A stretch of 64,000 nt of DNA from the human T2T-CHM13v2.0 reference genome, Homo sapiens. The translations under genes were made by a program, and so were the position numbers. The stretch is taken from assembly GCF_009914755.1 (NCBI RefSeq), contig NC_060932.1; one strand, 5' to 3'. The notes beneath the pieces were generated by a model, which was given only the letters and a program-made list of their open reading frames with translations, searched no databases and was not told the origin of the DNA. Positions 59,586 to 64,000 of the stretch are shown here, piece after piece (within the stretch, counting starts at the first letter, position 1; every line of letters begins with the position of its first letter).

Positions 59586-60342
59586 CCAATTTTTCTTCCA
59601 GAGTGAGAATTCTTTTCACATCTTTCTGTAAAATGCTTATCTGCTCTTCAGTGGTTATGTAAGGCTCCATTTAAACTCTAACAACTCATTGTCAGAGATC
59701 TTCCTTATAATGAACTGATACCATATTTCCTTAATAAGCCATTAGAACAACTGGAATATACTTTTTTGTGCTGTGCTTTCTGCCAAGAGCTTTAGGTGCA
59801 TTTAATCATCACAATAACCAAGCACTATAGGTCTTATTATTATCCCCATTTCAAATAATAATGATAACTGGCATTTATTGAGGCCTTACTATGTGCCAAA
59901 TACTTTATGGGTTGAATCACACTTTGTTCTCACATGGATACTAGCTTTATCCAAGGAGAGTATCAAGTTTTTTTTCTATTTATATTACCTTTGTTGACCT
60001 CTTTGCCTTTAGCAACACATGAAGCTTCATTTTTAAGGGAATATGTTTTTAGGAACGACTGGTTTCCATCCCTAGATTACAACTACTAACTCAGAGACCA
60101 TTATCTTAAAAGTACTATTTGATACTCTATACCTTACACAAATATCTTTACCTTATACTTTCCCTTAACTAACATAACTGCAAGGCAAAAACCAATTCCA
60201 CTGCTACTCCATGAAAAGTCCCACCGTTCCTTCCTAAGATGTTTAATCTGAACATCCCTGTTTCCTATTTTCAATCCAATCCTTACATGACTATCAAATT
60301 CTAGATTCATCTTTTCCTTATTTACAAAATAATTGCTTCTAG

Positions 60343-60640
60343 TGCTGGGTACAGTGACTCATGCCTGTAATTCCAGCATTTTGGGAGGCTGGGGTGACAG
60401 GATTGTTTGAGGCCAGGAGTTTGAGACTAGCCTGGGCAACATAATGAGATGCTGCCTCTAAAAATAATAATAATTAATTATCCAGGCATGGTGGTGCATG
60501 CCTGTAGTCCTATCTTCTCAGGAGGCTGAGGCACGAAGATCACCCGAGCCCAGGAATTTGAGGTTGCAATGAGCTATGATCATGTCATTGCACACCAGTC
60601 TAGGCAAAAGAGTGAGACCTTGTCTCTAATCATGATAATA
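60343..60640 (+). mobile_element. AluJ
   Basis: gctgggtacagtgactcatgcctgtaatt...gagtgagaccttgtctc. Confidence 0.92.
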
Positions 60641-60789
60641 ATAACAGCTTCTGATTTTTTGAGGATGCTACCATTGACACTACAATTTTTCCAGGGAAAA
60701 TATTTTTAAACACATGTATGTACATGGTAAATAAATTAAATACCAGCATCATTAAATACCCTGCAAGAGGAAATAAATCTAATTAAGTT

Positions 60790-61071
60790 ATTTTTGCTGT
60801 TTCTCACAGTTCTGGAGGCTGTGAAGTCCAAGATCAAAGTGCTGGAAGATTTGTTGTCTGGTGCCCATTCCTCATAGACAGTGCCTTCTAGCTGTATCCT
60901 CACATGGTAAAGAGCTAACTAGCTAGCTCTCTGAGGTCTCTTTTATAAGGGCACCAATCCCAATCATGAGGGTGAAGCCTCCCAAAGGCCTCATGTCCTC
61001 ATACCATCACTTTGGGGGTTAAGATTTCAACATATGAATTTTGAGGGGATACAAACATTCTGACCATAGCA
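60790..61071 (-). mobile_element. MLT1A/MST-like LTR (partial)
   Basis: tctcacagttctggaggctgtgaagtccaagatcaa...aaacattctgaccatagca. Confidence 0.8.
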
Positions 61072-61074
61072 ATC

Positions 61075-61330
61075 ACCTCCAAAGATGTAAGTGAATAAAC
61101 CTCCAGATAATTTCAGCCTTCATCTTTCATGTCACTCCAAGTCTTCAGGTCTTCCCAAGTAAGGGGCCAGACATCATGGAGCAATGACCAGCCACTCCTG
61201 CTTTGTCCTGCCTTAATTCCTGATCCACAGAATCCAAAAGAAAAATAAAATGGTCATCTTTTTCCATTAAGTTCTGAAGTGCTTTGCATTACTCTATTAC
61301 TGTAGCTCAATAATAGTAGCTAGGACAGGA
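61075..61330 (+). mobile_element. MLT1G/H-like LTR 3' part
   Basis: ccagacatcatggagca...aattcctgatccacagaatcc. Confidence 0.6.
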
Positions 61331-62806
61331 ATTACTCCTTCTGCGGGGATAGATGTTGCTTTGCCATATCATCATTCATGGTTACTGCTCCCATCCTAGA
61401 AAATCATCCCTACCCAGAGCCATTGGAGAAGCAAATAAAGGCAGGCATCATAGTAACCCCTGGAATAAGAGGCTTACCCAGGTTGTAACACCGAGAGCAA
61501 ACCTAATTTGAGGGTAGGGAAAGGATGAATGGATGGGCTCACAGCCAATCCTTGACGCCACTCCTTGCCTCCTTCCCTCTCTGTTCCACTGCCTTGAATT
61601 CACACTACTTTTCTTAACACCTTATTAAGGGAATCCAAATAATTATCTTTTTAACATGTTTCATTTTTAAAAAAGTTTTAAACATTTCCCTTTTGTAGAA
61701 TATGCTTCTACCTGGAAGTACAGCACCTTGGTGGCCCTCTCAAGGATGCTCTAAAAGCCTCTTCCAGTGGACAGAAGTGAGGAAAGTCACAGATTCAGCT
61801 GCCTGCTCTGTTCCCACTCCTATGGAGAACACATGGCTGAGAGTAGGTGCTCAGTAAATATTTGCTGACTGGATGAATGGTCAAGGCATTCCTTTGTTTG
61901 CACTGATGTTCTCTTTCTGGCTCTTCTGAAAAGCACAGAGAAAAGAGAAAGACTGGAGAGGTCAATGCATTCACCAAGCCACAGTCTGGAGAACGCTCTT
62001 GTCTTTTGGTGTCATCTATGCTTCCAGAGAAGACTTTGGTGTCGGAGGCTGAGCTGTCGGGGCAGGGATCTGGTTAGTGCTAAGCTGTCTTCTGGGAGAG
62101 CCCTTTCTGCTCTGTCACAGCTGGAGTGCAGCTGCTGGCCAGAGAGCTGATTTCCTGACAGCACTGGGATTTGGAAATCCCTGCATTTCGCATACGTACC
62201 CGCCAGCTGGTCTTATCCAACCCTTTCCCCTTTGGAAGGAAGCAGTTTGACTTCTGGTAGAAACCTGCAGACTTGACAAAGACAAGAGCTTGTTGTATGG
62301 TTTTAGCATATACATTCCTTGGAGGACTCTTTGAGTTATGTTTACATAGAGGTCCTTGACTGCTAGACAGAACGAATCACTTGTAACTCAGTATGCTAAA
62401 CAGTCTTGAAACCTTTCTCTCTCTCATCACCACTATTGGCATGAAAGTCTCTGATTAGAAAGCAGTATTCCTTCCGTACTATTCCTATCACTATAAAAAC
62501 AGCCATAGTCCCTGCCCTTTAAGTATTGCACAGTATGCACTTAATAAGTTCCTCATGTTGATTGACAATCTTTCATGGACACAGCAGAAAAGGATAGAAG
62601 ATTTTAATCAATACCTTTAATTTTTTCATTGAGAAACTACATGAGTTATAAATGAAGATGTGATGGTTCCCTGAGAGGTGGAAGAAATGGAAATATTGAC
62701 AATACCATGTTAACTGTGGTATTGTTTTCAGTGAGAAGAGGATGATACCATTTGTCTTGATTTGTGTACAACAAGGACTAGTGGTTTTTTGTGACTGACC
62801 TCAAAG

Positions 62807-62919
62807 TAGAGTGACCAACCATCCCAATTTGCTCAGAACGGTCCTCATGTAAGCATTGAAAGTCCCACATCCCAAGTAACCCCTGAGTCCCAGATAAATC
62901 AAGACACTCAGTCACCCTA
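62807..62919. mobile_element. MER81-like hAT-Blackjack MITE
   Basis: Terminal inverted repeats tagagtgac...gtcacccta. Confidence 0.7.
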
Positions 62920-63074
62920 TACATCAGGAAACTTCCCTGGCAAAAATAGGTCCCCCACCAGCCTGTTAATCAAAAAATCTTCTAAAATTTATTCACTTTG
63001 CTTTTAAAGGCAAAAATTTCTAAAAGAAGGGACATTAAAATCTAAGCACAGATACTTATCAAATCAGCACACTT

Positions 63075-63460
63075 TATTCATTGATTCAACAAATATTTAT
63101 TGAGCACCTATTTACACAGGATGAAGTACTAAGGATGTGAACATAAATAAGCCACAGTGCCAGACCTTAAAGCATTTACAGTCTAGTGGGCAAGAAAAGC
63201 AAATAAATGGGCATTAACAGTGGAGCATGATAGTTCCATACATTTGTGATAGACACAATCACTCTGGAGCAATACAGAAGGGCAGCTATCTGGCCTTGGG
63301 GAACAGGTGTCTGGATGAGGTGACATCTGAGACCTGGGTTAACCAGAAATTAATGAGGCGAAAGGCAGGGTCAGGGAAGAGATATTCCCTGGAGAGGGAA
63401 GAGTAGGGACAACAGACTCAAGGGAAAAAGAGATCATTGTTTTGCCATCATAGGAATCAC
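63075..63460 (-). mobile_element. L2 3' end
   Basis: attcattgattcaacaaatatttattgagcaccta. Confidence 0.75.
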
Positions 63461-63518
63461 AAGTTAATAGGACAAAGGAAACACTGGTTTTCTTGGCTTG
63501 GGGTACAACAGAAACCAG

Positions 63519-64000
63519 TGTGGGGGCTAATGGAAAACTCCCCGCCTTCACCATCTGAAGGTACACTGAAAATCAACTAATCAAAGGCAGATTCGTAGAA
63601 GAAATAGAATACAAATTTATTAGCGTACATGGGGGAGAATCACAGAGTGACTGCCCCACCAAAGAATGGGGTTATATACTTTTATTCTAGGGGGCGAGAA
63701 ACATGGGAAGTGTGGATAATTTTAGGGGGATAGTAAATGATTTTTAAGGGAATTCAATGGCTTAAAGAACATACAATGTCCTGGAACAAAGTTGTTCGAC
63801 CCACAGAGCAGATAATGGCTGTGGCAAAAAAATTTGTTCAGGTATGTTGATAGACAGTCTTTCTTCCTGTGAAGTGAGTTCATTTAATGGAAACGCCAAG
63901 AGACCAAAAGTAATTGTTCAAAATTTCTTCTTTGAGGGTTCTGGACTTTTATCTAGGAACTTCAGATAACAATTTTATCCTTTGTTTTGGGAGAGACAGA
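63519..64000 (-). mobile_element. ERV1 LTR (MER39-like), runs off the window
   Basis: tgtgggggctaatggaaaact...ctgaagg...aaaggcagatt...atacaaatttatt. Confidence 0.7.

Overview
This is AT-rich, repeat-dense primate (human-like) genomic DNA with no recognisable host protein-coding gene or CpG island, so it is probably intergenic or deep intronic. It holds about 11 Alu/FLAM copies and a 2.8-kb 5'-truncated L1PA with a degraded ORF2 and a target-site duplication (TSD). It also holds older L1/L2/MIR fragments, many solo LTRs (THE1, MST, MLT1, MLT2A1, MER57-like, MER39-like), hAT MITEs, a probable hAT-Blackjack transposase relic and a 3'-truncated U2 snRNA retropseudogene. Nearly all listed ORFs are repeat-derived or chance. 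I see no evidence for a new biological system. The most notable items are local templated copy events (a ~190-bp internal L1 duplication, an 83-bp copy ~1 kb from its source, a perfected hairpin in an Alu). Also notable are an MLT2A1 LTR with a DUX4-like site and a consensus splice donor, a close inverted Alu pair, and several repeat-free candidate enhancers or exons. Repeat subfamily names come from remembered consensus sequences and need RepeatMasker/Dfam confirmation; boundaries of old repeats are approximate.
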